Source: Microthyrium microscopicum
Lineage: Eukaryota
NCBI GenBank assembly: GCA_010405405.1
Contig: MU004237.1
Span: 1,871,345-1,935,344, forward strand
DNA: 64,000 nt
Direction of reading: 5' to 3'
In this document: one piece after another, positions 24,099-37,000 of the stretch
How the letters are laid out: each line of letters begins with the position of its first letter
How positions within the stretch are numbered: position 1 is the stretch's first letter
Translations under genes and position numbers: made by a program
Notes under the pieces: generated by a model
The model's input: only the letters and a program-made list of their open reading frames with translations
What the model was told of the DNA's origin: nothing
Databases searched by the model: none

Positions 24099-25139
24099 AT
24101 GCCCCAGAACGTTAATCTACCGCTCCGTCCCGGTCCACTGGTCGCTACCCTGCCATCATTAACCGGCTTTGCAGCTACTCAGCAGCCAGATGTGCCTGTC
24201 ATTGGCCAACTCTCTAATCAAATTGTCGATGCGATTTTCGTGCGCGAAATGGGTCTCGATGCGCTAAATGAATCGGACGACGAAGGATTATATTTCCCTG
24301 AAGACGACTCGCATGATGAAGACGTAGAAGAACCTGTGGATGAGGAGGGTTCAGAAGACGAGGCAGGGCCGGACAGCAGCCACGGCTTTGAGAAGCAAGT
24401 GCGCCATCTCGCATCGTTGTTACGCCCAGAAGAGTCCACACCACAGCGACATCGCGACTACGATCCCGCGACCATCACACTTCCCTATGATCCGGAAGTG
24501 TTAGCCTTACGACGCTCTGCTCAATCAGATATACACCACTTTCAGCCTCTGCTTGAATCCACTATTCCCAGCGAGTTCCTAGAGATCAATATGTGGAAAG
24601 GGCAGTATATTGAAGCACGCGATGCTGCTGAACTTTCATCATTACGAAATAACGAGTTGGCTGCTGAAAATCGGCGGCTTACGGCCAAGATCAATAAGCT
24701 CCAGGCCATCGTAGGGCCTTTCATGCGCCATCACGTTATAACATATCTGCGTCAAAGCCAGGAGTCTTCTGCTGCGGGAGAACAGGAAGCTCCTGATATG
24801 ACTGCGTACTGGTCTACCTACTGTCTGGCACTCATGGAGACGCTCAAGAGACAGCACGACGATCATCGCGCAGATCTTGCAAAACACAACCGAGAAACTT
24901 TCCCTCTTGTGGCTGATCTGAGAAAAGCTCGACTCGCGCACGACATGATAAAAATGAAGCTTGCGTTCATGAGAAAACATTTTGTGCCCAAAGGTATGTT
25001 CACCGGGTATCAGGAAGAGATCTCTTCTTTGTCGAGTGAACTTGGTCTTTACAAACTGGCTTGCAATATCTTGCTTAGTATCGTCGTTCACTGGTTGATC
25101 TCAAGTCTTCTCGCTCGATTGGCATTTCGGAATACATGA
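24099..25139 (+). CDS. Hypothetical protein (acidic tract, coiled coil, hydrophobic C-terminal helix), 346 aa
   Basis: Long ATG-initiated ORF; no recognisable family motif. Confidence 0.6.
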   Translation: MPQNVNLPLRPGPLVATLPSLTGFAATQQPDVPVIGQLSNQIVDAIFVREMGLDALNESDDEGLYFPEDDSHDEDVEEPVDEEGSEDEAGPDSSHGFEKQVRHLASLLRPEESTPQRHRDYDPATITLPYDPEVLALRRSAQSDIHHFQPLLESTIPSEFLEINMWKGQYIEARDAAELSSLRNNELAAENRRLTAKINKLQAIVGPFMRHHVITYLRQSQESSAAGEQEAPDMTAYWSTYCLALMETLKRQHDDHRADLAKHNRETFPLVADLRKARLAHDMIKMKLAFMRKHFVPKGMFTGYQEEISSLSSELGLYKLACNILLSIVVHWLISSLLARLAFRNT

Positions 25140-25913
25140 TCAGTCGACGCATACAGTCAAGTTTAACTTGAGTTTGGCATATAGATGGGAAGGTTGCTGG
25201 CAGACGGTTTACATGTGAAATAAATCTATGTAATGGGTTATTCCAAATATTGCTTTCGGATGCGGGAGATGATCCGTGTCAAATGATAGCTGCGGGTGAT
25301 TTGCTTCGAACTGTATGATTATCACAAAATCCATCATGGTCAAGGCTTGCTTCTGGGCGCTGTAGGCTGGCCCGATGGTTTGACGGCCAATATATTCATT
25401 ATGGTGTTATTGTCATATGTGTAGTGGAGCAATGCAATGCATACCTACCTAGCTTGCCCATCGACTAATCAGCGGATTGTGAAGAAGCTAGGTAGGATGG
25501 GCAGCATAGCCTATGCTCTTCAACACGTTCGTAGGTAGCATGTCAGTAGGTTTTTTCGTTGATGGGTTGTGAGTGCCTTCGGTGTGAGCTTCTGACTCTC
25601 ATTCAATCACCTTCACCATAACGCTAAGCATGCAACAAATCAGTCATGTCTGATAGCCATATGATCTCATTATTTCCAATCCTGTTATCTAATCAAAATT
25701 GATACTCTTCCGTGTTTGTACCTTATAGGAATTTGAAATGGCAGCACGAAGACTTGTCATAAATTGAGCAGAGTCCACCGATATCGATATGAAGATCGTT
25801 CATCCTTTGGTTAAGTTCTTACATTGGTCTGGTAAAATACTCACTCAAGTTCTCTCGAACATCTATCAAGCTTTCGTAAGCATCACAGAACAAGAGCCGA
25901 CAGCTCACGTGTC

Positions 25914-26591
25914 ATGAGCTCAGCCGGAGATATCAGTTTCGAGCGCGAGTGCGATGCACAAAGAAAGGATCTTATGAACCGCCTAAGCAGCCTTATCGAT
26001 GACCAACGCGAGTTGCTACGGAACGGACCTCCCACTACATCATTACAGTTGGTGAAAGAGCTGCGAAAACGAGAAAAACTTGCCAACGTAGACGGAAAAG
26101 AAAGCGTCGAGACACCAACGGACAAAGAGGAACAATGGCAAAAGCTATACAAACAGCTAGAAAATGAGAAGGATGAAAGGTCAAATCTCGACCGAGCGGC
26201 CTGGGACATAGAGGATGTGATCGAAAGTCTCAAAGAAGAGATTGGAAATCTTGAGGATTCAAGGAAATTTCACAGGGAAGAAGTGAAAGCTCTAGAGTAT
26301 CAAGCAGGGGAGTTTGACTATGATCATATCGAATGTGAAAGGAAATTCGAGGAGCTCGCCGGCGAGTTGGAGTCATGTCAGTCCGACAAAAATGACCTGG
26401 ATTTGGAGTATGTGAGCTTGCGAAAGCGCTACAAGAAGACCAAAGCCAAACTTAAGGCGTTCCGAGATCCCACAGCAGAGTCTACTTCACCTGGTCCAGG
26501 TAGTTCTTCTTCCAGTGCCGAGGAGTCGGACACAAATGATGATGACAATGGAGCAACTGGTGGGCAGAAGGTTTTTTGTGAATTTTGCTGA
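25914..26591 (+). CDS. Hypothetical coiled-coil protein, 225 aa
   Basis: E/K/L-rich heptad-like sequence; ends in CEFC. Confidence 0.6.
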   Translation: MSSAGDISFERECDAQRKDLMNRLSSLIDDQRELLRNGPPTTSLQLVKELRKREKLANVDGKESVETPTDKEEQWQKLYKQLENEKDERSNLDRAAWDIEDVIESLKEEIGNLEDSRKFHREEVKALEYQAGEFDYDHIECERKFEELAGELESCQSDKNDLDLEYVSLRKRYKKTKAKLKAFRDPTAESTSPGPGSSSSSAEESDTNDDDNGATGGQKVFCEFC

Positions 26592-26987
26592 GCAAGAGGA
26601 ATTGAACAATGAGAATTGAGCAATTGATGGCTAACTTGCAAACTGAAATACCTTTCGAAAGGCAGTTTGGCTAGCAATAGGATGTTGAACGTGTTGAAGT
26701 TAGAAGAACAACGATCAAGACTAAAGCATAGGCACAAATCTACACTTCTTACTATCAAACGATTGATATGGTTGGTTTGCTGTAACAACTAAATAAAGCT
26801 TGCCACACCGTAACCCCTTACAACACCTCTAGCTTGATGGGACTTCAAGGCGATATAAGTTCAGTAGAAGTTTCAGCTCTCTGCAAATGAAGTTCTCAAC
26901 GTTACAAAGTCCTTCCGTTTTGAACTGTACTGATTTAAAGCATAACGACCTCGATCGCTTCAACTTTCTCACGACATTCAAATATCC

Positions 26988-28022
26988 ATGGCAGACAATA
27001 CTGCTGGAGGCGGCAATGCTCCTGAAGATGCTAATGCTCCTGGAGGCGGTACTGTGCTTAATGCCCCAACTCTGCTTCAGCGGAGAAATGACTTGCTGGC
27101 TCGACTCCAAGGTCTGGTCGATGAACTTCAGCGTTTGCGAACTGAACTTATCCCGGATCTGAAAGACGTCACAGTTCAATTTGTGCAATTCTTGCTGGAC
27201 CTAAGAACTTTCTTCCAAGACGCAAGTGGAAGAGTAGACGACAAGAAAAGAAAATCAAAGGAAGAAGCCACAGAAGAGGTAAAAGACGAGATGAGAGCAC
27301 TCAAAGTCAAGGTTTCGGATCTGGAGTTGGACATCAAGGGTCTAGAAACCATGAACAAAGCTCTAAAACAGGCTAAGGTGGAGTGCGGAAGAGAAAAGGA
27401 AGCCTTACAGGAGAAGATCGATGATGGCATAGTTGATATCAATGACCTCCAGAGCAAGATTCACGGCTTGGAAGAGGAAATCAAGACGCTCAAGGCGGAA
27501 CTGGAAGATGCAACAAGCAATTTTCAACGTACCGAAACAGAGTTGGCTCAAGAACAAGAGGCCAACAGAAGATCGAGCGAAGCGAATATGAGGCTGGAGC
27601 CAGAGATTCTTGCACTCAGACCACTACTCAACCAAAACCAGCCAGGCAACCAGCCCAGCCAGCCTCGTAACGATATGCAGGGTGATGACCAAGCAAACTC
27701 TGATAGCAACCAAATCAACGGTACTCAGCTTCATGGTATCCAGGCCGGTGGTGAGCAGCTCAGTGGTGGCCCAGTCGGTGGTATTGTTCCCACCAATGCC
27801 CCGTCGTCTACCTACAACCGGGACAGCGGTTACCAGCAGAGTGACGACCAGCGAAATGGAGACCAGCCAACTGACTTGCCGGCCAGCGGTAGCCAGCTCA
27901 TTCAAGCTCAGCCCACTTCTTTCATGGATAGTTCGACCGAGTCTACTGCCACTAGTCCTAGACAGACGGACGTCAATGATAACAGTGAGGAATCGCCCAC
28001 TCACGACCATGAGACCGCATAG
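26988..28022 (+). CDS. Hypothetical coiled-coil protein with Q/N/S-rich disordered tail, 344 aa
   Basis: Long heptad region followed by a low-complexity C-terminus. Confidence 0.65.
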   Translation: MADNTAGGGNAPEDANAPGGGTVLNAPTLLQRRNDLLARLQGLVDELQRLRTELIPDLKDVTVQFVQFLLDLRTFFQDASGRVDDKKRKSKEEATEEVKDEMRALKVKVSDLELDIKGLETMNKALKQAKVECGREKEALQEKIDDGIVDINDLQSKIHGLEEEIKTLKAELEDATSNFQRTETELAQEQEANRRSSEANMRLEPEILALRPLLNQNQPGNQPSQPRNDMQGDDQANSDSNQINGTQLHGIQAGGEQLSGGPVGGIVPTNAPSSTYNRDSGYQQSDDQRNGDQPTDLPASGSQLIQAQPTSFMDSSTESTATSPRQTDVNDNSEESPTHDHETA

Positions 28023-28308
28023 AGAACTGGTTGGGCGCACAAGAGCTTGATATCCCCGTTGTTTTTGGTCGGCCCAGAACGAAACAACTGGCAAGGAAGG
28101 CGGTAAGGGGAAAGCTGTAGAGAGAGTGTCCCATCAGGGGAAGAATAGAGGAACAGGACTAAAAAAAGTGTACAAAAAGGACCTCTACATGCAGAGCAAG
28201 GACAGTTAGATCTACAAGACATGTATTGCTATGGTATCTATTTCGCTAACTAACATAATACCCAATTCCGCTTTACTCACCAGTGACCAAGTACTGCTAG
28301 CCCACAGT

Positions 28309-30774
28309 TCACAGTTTCTGAGGCACTCCTTTGACCACCCCATCCAAAACAACATGCCCTTTGACCTTCGCATCCAAGATACCCTCCGCAGCTTTACCGC
28401 CCTCTAACCAACGAGCCAGCAGATCGTTGCTCTCTCTAGGCTTGATGGACTCACTGGCCGTTCCACAAGTGATATGTGCAATACGATTGACAGACTCCCA
28501 CTGCTCGTCCTTCTCGTCATTCACTAGGCGCACCACAAAAGCCATCACACGAGGATCCCAGACCACACGCTCGAGAAGTACTCTACAATTACCAAGCGTA
28601 GGTTCCAGGACATCGGCATCACTTGCACGCGCCTTGTCCCAGAGAGCGCTCATCTGCTTCCATTTGTCGCCATGGGTGGTAGCGTGAGTGCGATGCATGA
28701 GGGTGACGTGGAACTCTGCTTGGAGACGGCGGGACTTGGAGAGCTGGTAGTAGAATTTGGACTGCTCTGCTGGGAGTTCTTTGAAGACTGCGTCTAGAAT
28801 GGCTTGGATACGGGCTGGTTCAACGCGGACTGACAAGTATTCTAGCTTTGGCGGTCTAACGTCCTTCTTCTTTGGCTTTTGTGACTGGACGGAACGATCA
28901 TTGTTCTCTTTAGCGCCTCGTTTGTTTTTTTGCTTGTCATTGTTGAAGCCTAGCTGATGTTTTGTCTCTGGTTTATATCCGCTCATGGCGAATGCAATAG
29001 CATCATCAAGATCCGAAGCTGTAGGCAAGTCAGAAGGGAATAATTTTGGATACTCGTCAGAGAGTCGGGAGATGATGAGTTCTAGGTTTTCTCGAGAATC
29101 AACGAGAGGATCCAGGTCGATGATGGTATCAAAATCGCAGTCAGGAGGTGATTCTGGGTCGAGGCTCTGAAATCTGCTCAAGAAGCCATCCATGATTCCA
29201 ATGACTTCTTGCTTGCCCATTGTCTCGGGATGAATGGTTTGATGGTTATCTCCTCGGTTTAAGACACGAGCGCGTAGTCGTTGACGAACCTCTTCCCTAT
29301 TGTTATCGTTATGTACCCAATGTAGGGCCACAAATGTTGCTCTTGGGACAATTCGCTGGACGTCGTGGATGAATTGTGCGCGTTCTCGTTTTTGATGGTT
29401 GTTTCGATCCGCGAAAACTACCGGATGAGCTGCCAATTCCATAGTACACTGACTGACAAATCTCTCAGGGCGCCGAGCCTTCCCTGTTACATTGTCATTT
29501 TGGAAAACACCCCACTCGAATAGCTTTTGGAGCGCAATTCCAATAGTAGTCTTTCCGCAACCGAGAGTCGCGATAGGTACAAGCAGAACATCATTTGTGA
29601 CTTCGTTTGATTCTCCAGACTCGATTTCGCTCTGGATGACGTCTGCGCCCGTCAAGCCCTTGAATTTGAGAAAGTCATCTCGAAGCTTGATGATGCCATG
29701 GTTCTGGTTGTACTCTTTTGCGAGTTTTGAGTTGCTCGCCAGCTGTTTTCGTGCAAAGAGCAGATATTCTTCGGTAATCTTCTTGTGCTTCTTGTAACGA
29801 GGCTGCTTTCCAGAAATGATAGATTTTGTGCACTCTCGCCATTGTCTGTACATGAGATATGGTTCCTCAAACTTGTATTTGAAGAACCAGTCATGCCATT
29901 CGCCCTTTGGACCATCACGGGACTGACATCGGATAACAAATCCCTCAGTATCGCGTCCCTCGTAAGCTCCAGTGTTTGCAATATCATCCAAGAACTTCTT
30001 GACCGTGTCGATATCTTGCTCAACAATATGCGTTACCTTTCGAAACCCCCAAGTTTCGGCGAATTGGTCGACTAGGTTATGAGGATATGTCGCAAATTCT
30101 GGAAGGTTGAGATTCACTCCGTGTAGGTATAGACCGGCAACATCGGGTGTATACGCAAGGACATGCTCTTCAAACTCGTCATCGCACAATTCGGCGACAG
30201 CAGTGGCATTGAGACATCGCAACTCCTTTGCCAGATCAGCCTTAGACTTGCCCACGCTCTTCAAATGTTTCTCCAACCACCGCTCACCCACAACAGCATG
30301 TGATTTTTCCATATCGCCTCGCGCACCAGTGGAATGTTTGCTGCAGACCAACAGCGTCTCGTCATCCAAGGCGCCGATGAAAATGATGCAGCCATTCTCC
30401 TTGACACTCAATTCATATGGACCACGCGTATTGCGCTTGACATTTTCCCATTCTGTGTTTCGTACTTCGCCATGATTGAAAAATTTATCATAGCCGCGAA
30501 CCACGATTTCTTGCTGGTTGGATTTTTCATTTTTCCGCGTAAATAGACCTCTGGCATATGTGACAAGATTATCTTTCTTGTAGTCCCAATCTTGCATTCG
30601 CCATGAGTCTACGGTTCGTCCATTGGAGAGGATGAACGTGGCTTTTCTGACGGACAAATTGGACTTGGTTTTGGATTGACCTTTTTTTGTGCTTGCCTCC
30701 AAGCTAGACACCATGCGGGCTATCTCGGCGGGGTCTTGAGGAGCATAAGGTGCTGCCCGCTCTTCGAAGGACAT
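28309..30774 (-). CDS. TRL1: Fungal tRNA ligase (ligase, kinase and cyclic phosphodiesterase domains)
   Basis: RGYDKFFN, adenylation motif KENGC, EGFVIR, FKYKF, P-loop ATLGCGKTT, DRNNH, 2H motifs FHVTL and AHITC. Likely start is MSFEER at 30774, not the ORF-track start at 30870. Confidence 0.97.
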   Translation of the reverse strand: MSFEERAAPYAPQDPAEIARMVSSLEASTKKGQSKTKSNLSVRKATFILSNGRTVDSWRMQDWDYKKDNLVTYARGLFTRKNEKSNQQEIVVRGYDKFFNHGEVRNTEWENVKRNTRGPYELSVKENGCIIFIGALDDETLLVCSKHSTGARGDMEKSHAVVGERWLEKHLKSVGKSKADLAKELRCLNATAVAELCDDEFEEHVLAYTPDVAGLYLHGVNLNLPEFATYPHNLVDQFAETWGFRKVTHIVEQDIDTVKKFLDDIANTGAYEGRDTEGFVIRCQSRDGPKGEWHDWFFKYKFEEPYLMYRQWRECTKSIISGKQPRYKKHKKITEEYLLFARKQLASNSKLAKEYNQNHGIIKLRDDFLKFKGLTGADVIQSEIESGESNEVTNDVLLVPIATLGCGKTTIGIALQKLFEWGVFQNDNVTGKARRPERFVSQCTMELAAHPVVFADRNNHQKRERAQFIHDVQRIVPRATFVALHWVHNDNNREEVRQRLRARVLNRGDNHQTIHPETMGKQEVIGIMDGFLSRFQSLDPESPPDCDFDTIIDLDPLVDSRENLELIISRLSDEYPKLFPSDLPTASDLDDAIAFAMSGYKPETKHQLGFNNDKQKNKRGAKENNDRSVQSQKPKKKDVRPPKLEYLSVRVEPARIQAILDAVFKELPAEQSKFYYQLSKSRRLQAEFHVTLMHRTHATTHGDKWKQMSALWDKARASDADVLEPTLGNCRVLLERVVWDPRVMAFVVRLVNDEKDEQWESVNRIAHITCGTASESIKPRESNDLLARWLEGGKAAEGILDAKVKGHVVLDGVVKGVPQKL

Positions 30775-31406
30775 ATTGATGTGATTTTGACCGGAACGAA
30801 GAGAGACTAGTATTTTGAATTTGTGTAAATGGAGATATGGAAAGGTGGTAGGCTGATGGAAAGTCGTCAAACAAAGATGATATATGGAGGGGCCAATGAC
30901 CGTGTACTGTGGGCGAAGGAAGGAGCTGCGTGAACCACCTAAAGAAGGAACACTTTGGAATATTATACACCAAGAGCCCTTTTATGAAAAAGTATCTCAT
31001 TTGAACCTTCACTTGAAGGATCAAAGTCCAGTCATAACAAGTAGTAGAATATTGAATCCATTGTTCCTAGATGAGGCTCCGCACTTACTCAGCCTCATAA
31101 CTCGACCTCGAACGCCACAAACCCTTCCTATTTAAAATGCGGTGACCATCACCAGTTTCCTTCTTCCCAGTCACCGCAACTCTCTTTAAAGTGTCAAGAG
31201 TCATCAAATCTACCTCGCAAGTATCACGTCAGATTCTGGGAACTCTTTTGAATGTCATCTTCTTCATTCGGCTGAGATATACCATCTCCAAGCATACCTA
31301 GGTACCTCTAACGCGGTAGCTCCAAGCTCTAACGTTACTCAATCATACACTGTTTATACAAAAGTAATCCTATTACCTCCACATGACCCTATCCCTAGAT
31401 CCATAT

Positions 31407-31953
31407 TTACATGTCGTGGGAGTGTGCCATTGGCGCAGGAGCTGGGGCAGCAGCGGGAGCAGCAGCGGGAGCAGCAGCAGGAGCAGGAGCAGCACCTGGA
31501 GCGCCCTTTCCAGGCGCGTAGTCCGAGAAGAAAGCACCTGGGAAGCCGGCGGCACCACCACTACAACGCAATCGTCAGTATAATGTCATGATCGAAAAGT
31601 CGGCAGTTCTCGGGCTCCCAGTCTCAAGGCCAAGATGATAAACTATGTCCAATGCATTGAAGCAGAGCAGAATATCAAGGATAGCAACTTTCGCCGGGGT
31701 TTGAAGCATGTGCTTTGGAGGAGGAATGAGTATATGGGTTGGAAACTTACATCATGCCTTCAAGATCCTTGCCGACCTTGTCCATGTTTCCAGCCTGCCA
31801 GTCTTTAGCAAAGTTTGCTGCACCTGTCGTCATAGCATCGACAGCCTTTTGCATGGCCGGTCCAAAGAGCGCGGTGTTTGGGGCGGCGGCCTGTGGCATT
31901 GGTGCGGCGGCCACAATGGCGACGAGAGCAGAGATGATGATGGAGCACTTCAT
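31407..31953 (-). CDS. Small secreted Ala/Pro-rich protein (about 118 aa), 2 exons
   Basis: Signal peptide MKCSIIISALVAIVAA; intron 31750-31561 (GTAAGT..CTGAC..TAG) joins in frame to IGGAAGFPGAFFSDYAPGKGAPGAAPAPAAAP..MAHSHDM*. Confidence 0.75.
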
Positions 31954-34002
31954 GATGATGGTTGATTATGTTGAAAGAGGTTTGGTTTGTTTGTTAATTC
32001 GTAGGTTGGTGTAGTATTGGGTTTGATGATATCTTTTCAGAGGATCGATTCAATGCTTTATACCTATAATGCTGATGAGAGCATCATATCATATACACAC
32101 GGAGCACATGGCAGAAAATTCGACACTGCATGTCTGTATATTGCTGGCCTGATCCGATCCTGGGTCAACCCATATTAGCCCATGCGGTCAAATTCGGTCT
32201 CGCGTGCTAGGCCGTCACTGCATTAGGAATCGATTGATCTTATCAGTCAAGAACCATGGAGAAGTATATTGCCCTGTGGAGAAGTATACGGTCAAATCCA
32301 ACACTGATAACATGTGAAAACCCCAGCTATAGGTGTCTGATACCCGGTTGTTGAGATGGCAGTGACAGTTACTGGTAAGCAGTCCAATCAGGAACCTTGC
32401 GGAAATTGATGAAGCAACAACGGAGGTAGCTCCGTGAGAAATAGACTTTTGTGAGCAAATATAAAGACAGAGAAACCCGCGTCATGCTCATGAACGACAA
32501 GTCGAGTGGACCAGGCTGAAGCTTGCTACCTGGTCGCTTGACTTAGGACTGGACCTGACTATCACGAAGATCTCTCCCTTAGATATTGTGTCAAGCTTTA
32601 CTACGTCCGGGATAATCCTCAAGTACCTGGCCATTGAAGGCTATACAGACCCTTTCTATCGGGACAAGCGCACATGCTTCAAAGTTTCCTCCAAACCGGA
32701 ACTTGTACCGAACCTTGTTTTGAAAAACGGATGTCACCACCAAGCGGAGGATAATTTGCCTCTTTTGAAAGTTTAGCGCCGCTTACAGATATCGAATCAT
32801 AAAAGGTATGCTACTAGTAGGACGATCTACGGCCGGGTTTTTATGTTGAACGAGAGACTGAAACAGGCACAAACGCTCCATCCAGGAAATTTTATAGTAC
32901 CTATAGGTACTGCCGCCCATCTCTTTAGCTTGAATAAATCATCATCATACCCTTAAGCAAGAGAACTGTAGTAAGGTGCTACAATTCTGCGTAAAACGTC
33001 TACCATATCCCAGTGACCTGATGTATACAACAAGCCACACTTTGACACATCTTTTCCCGTATTTACAGTGCTGACATACAACACCACATCTACTCCAACA
33101 TACTACAACATAACCACCTTTATGAATGACGCAAAAGCTTACAAAAGAACAAAACTAATGTAATAAGCTAATTCCATTAACCACCCAGAACATCTATTAC
33201 ACTCCAGTGACCTAATCACACCACCTCATCGCACCAAGATACAGCAAATAACACCGCTATGAAACGATCATACGCTCAAACCGCCAAAGGACAGCCTCGC
33301 AAGTCAAATACAACCAACTACATACATAATAAAGGAACATGTCCCATGGAAGGCGAATGCCCATAGAATAGCTCGGCCCATCGTCCAACATACAACAGAA
33401 CTGTAGACATAAGAAAAGAAAAGAATCCGGGTAATGCCAAACGATTGTCGTTATAAATGCAAAAGTATTACGAATGCCCGACATTATATATGCGCATGAC
33501 CATTAACCAAACAATACACCGTGCAAGCTACCTTCGTAAGCCACCACACTACGCACATGATAACAGTGAAGCTCTACTCAGTGACAAAGTGATGGAACAG
33601 CAGAAAAAGTAGATAGGCAAAACCAGAAAAAAACAATATGTAGCGAGGCTGGCTAGATGCTTTACTTTACGCTTTCATCACCGAGCCAGCCTGGCAGACA
33701 AGAAGAACCAGAGATGCCGCTGAACAACGAACCGAAAGCAGTTAGGCAAACCGCCAATCTTCGACAGAGATACCCCATTGAACCCTGAAGGCGACACTGA
33801 TTGGCAAGATCATATTATCAACGCAAAGTCGCTCTTGAAATCTGAATCCCCTGAGGCGTTGGACCGGGTTGTAGTCGCAGACCCTAGTAGCGCGCTTGGA
33901 CACATCATGTTTCAAGTGGCCGTAAAACGAGTCACCAAAATCGCCTATGCCATCCTGGTTCCGCCTCGTACCGGCTGCTACTCAATATAGAGACATAGTA
34001 GC

Positions 34003-37000
34003 TTAGAGCCGCAACTTTGTCAGAATCAGCTGCGCAAGACTCTTATACTGCATAATGTTGCCGTCCACCTTTTTGAATTGAATGCCATGCAGACGCAAGA
34101 GGGGTACTTTGACGATGAAAATCTCGAAATCCACAGTCATATTGCGGGTCATTTCGTCACGGACGTGGGTTGAGGTTGCGCCTGCAGTGTCGCGGGCGGA
34201 GCGTGGGACGGAGCGGCCGAGTTGACGGCGCTGGTCGGCGTCCATGTTGCTTTCACTGTCTGTGTCGGAGATGGCTGGGCTACCGTCTGGTGCGCGAGGA
34301 GTGCGTGATGGTGTCTTGGGTGTGTGAGGAGAGCGCAGGTTGGGTGAGTGTTCGGGGGCATTTTGTTCTGCGCCCTTGAAGCCGTTGAACGAGATTTTGC
34401 GGCGGTGCGTGCGGTCAGCGGCACTTGGTTGGAGACCAGGACTTAGTGGACTTGTTGGGTCGGAGATTTCTTTGAGGCTAGGTGAGTGACGGCAGCGAAA
34501 GCCGCCAGAGACTTCAGTGTAGTTAACACTGAGTTCTTTAAGAACACGGATGATGTCTTGTCGGATAACTGGCAGAGGCCGGCTGCTAGTGGTGGATACA
34601 CTGAACAACCCCTTAAGATATACTGGCTTGAGCGACTCTTCGCCTCCTTCATGGTCTGTTGTGGCCTCGGCTTGTGCTGCTTGGGCTACTTCAGCATCGG
34701 TCTCTTCCTTCAGTCCTGCTGGAGGAGCAATACCCTCCCGCAGAGCCCGACGCGCTTGAATGCTCTCGCGTCGAGCATGACCTAACGACTTCGTTCTCCC
34801 AGCTGAAGTCGTGCCACGGTTATCGTGGGTTTCCTCAGTTGGGGTTGTCCCCTCGGTCTTTAGTTTGCTAGATGAACCACCGTCAGATCCGCTGGTGGCC
34901 GGCGGATCGGGGTAACTATCTGATGGTCCACGGCGCAATCTCCGTCGGTCAACACTGGCCGCTCTTCGTAAACTCATAAATCGTCGAGGGAAGCTGCTCT
35001 CATGCCCCGAAGGACTGAGCATTTCAGGTTTCGGACTGCCAGTGCCATGAAGAGAAGATGATGATGGCGCAGTTTCCATCTTTGGTCGTCGTGTGCTCAT
35101 GCTCTTTCGTGGAGTACTGACTGGACCAGTGTCTGATGGGCTGGTGATAGCAACTGCTGGAGGCATTGGTCGATGCTCTTTTTCTGAAGGGGGCTCTGGT
35201 CGACGCCGTCGAGTGCTTATCCGACGAAGTAAAGCACCAGCAGTGCTCTCTTTTTTGGGTTGCAGATGTTCCGGAGGTGGCGCGGCCGGTGTAGCTTGAG
35301 GTTCTGTTGGTGGCTTGGTTGACTCAAGATTTGTGGCAATCTCATCCTCGCCGCGAGTCCTTGCGCGAGGACGAGATCTCCCACCAGTAGCTTCACCTTT
35401 CATTTCGTATGATGCCGTATTTGTATGGGCTGCTGGAGGTGGTGGAAGGTCAACGAGCGCAAGAGGTCTTTCGCCTTGACTTGTAGGGATCGATGTTGCG
35501 CCAGGATTGGCTTGTTGCTTCTCTTTTTCCATCTTCTCCCTTACGAGGTAGTAGACTGAAATCATAGGAGCAAATGCGTTGACCGGATCTTCTCCAAGAG
35601 GAATGGCATCGGACGAACTGTTGGTCAAGGTATCTCTGCTCGTAGCGGAATTGCGCCTTTTGTAGAACCCAAACATGCCGCGGCTTTTATCCGCATCAGG
35701 CGCGTGTGTATGTTTTTGAGCAGCATGTCTAATGGCTCGTTGATATCTATCAGACTCAATGATCTTAGTCAACTGAGTAGTGATATAATCCGCGGGGCCG
35801 AAATCGAATCCTGTCATTTTCTGAATCACCGCTTGATCCAATGGAAGCTTCAACGGTTCTCGAGGTGGAAGAAAATTTTCTGGTGGTCCAGCAAACCCTT
35901 TGGTCATCCAAGGGTGGTTCATAATCTCTGCCAATGTTGCACGTTGCTTCGGATCTGTGACCAGCATTCGAGATATGAGGTTCTTGCATTCTAAAAATCA
36001 TTAGTATAGGAATCGGAGAGTGGTTATGATGATTTTGTTACCATTGGTCAGCCAAGGGGGATATTCGGCATTTCCTTTTTTAATCTTCGCATGAAGTTGC
36101 GGCATGCTTTGATCATCAAATGGAACTTTGCCGCAAACAAGAACATATAGCACAACTCCAAAACTCCATACATCGACCTCTGGTCCGGTATACTGTTTGG
36201 CTTGTAATAATTCAGGCGCTGCGAAATATAAACTGCCGCAAAAGGTTTTGAGGTGGTCGTAAGGTGAGAAAAGGTTGCTAAGGCCAAAATCGATAATCTT
36301 TATATCGCCAGTCTTACTGATGAGAATATTTTCGATCTTCAAATCGCGATGAACAATGCTGTTCCGATGCGAATAATCCAAGGCACTTGCAATTTGGCGC
36401 GCAAATTTCCGAGCACCCTTCTCCTTTAGTCGACCATGGGAGATGATGAAATCCAACATCTGGCCACCATTAACGTATTCGAACAACATGTACCAATGGT
36501 AGTTTGTCCTATATACATCCTTCATCCCGCAAATATATGGGTGGTTGAGCAAGCTGACAATGGCTGCTTCTCGAGCAGTTCGAACCTCTTTTGAGTGATC
36601 TGCGCGTTCACGCTCGGCTGTGGTTCGATGCTCGTCAGTCGACTGTCGGGGAACAATTTTGACAGCCACCTAGATGAATTAGCGGACGCGTTAGGGTGTT
36701 TCGTGTTCAACATACATGTTCTCCAGTTTCTTGGTTTTTCGCCAATTTCACTTTGCCCATGCTGCCTTGACCAATGGTTTTGCCCAGTATCCAGGTGCCA
36801 GTTGAGCAAGTGACATATGTGCGCTTTCTCGGCTGAGTGCTACTGGTGCCGCTGGTAGTTGGAACCCTGGTGGGGGGATGGTCTGGTGCCGCACCATTGG
36901 TAGGTGGTGGTGGTTGAGTGGATGATTGGTCGTGTGAAGCATAGCGACGCTCTGAGCGATTATGACTACTTCCGCCAGTCCTCAGAGAATCACTTCTAGT

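Noticed and set aside
28309..28320. Trl1 C-terminal QKL as a peroxisomal PTS1
   Set aside because: Non-canonical tripeptide at the natural end of the phosphodiesterase domain, with no other support.
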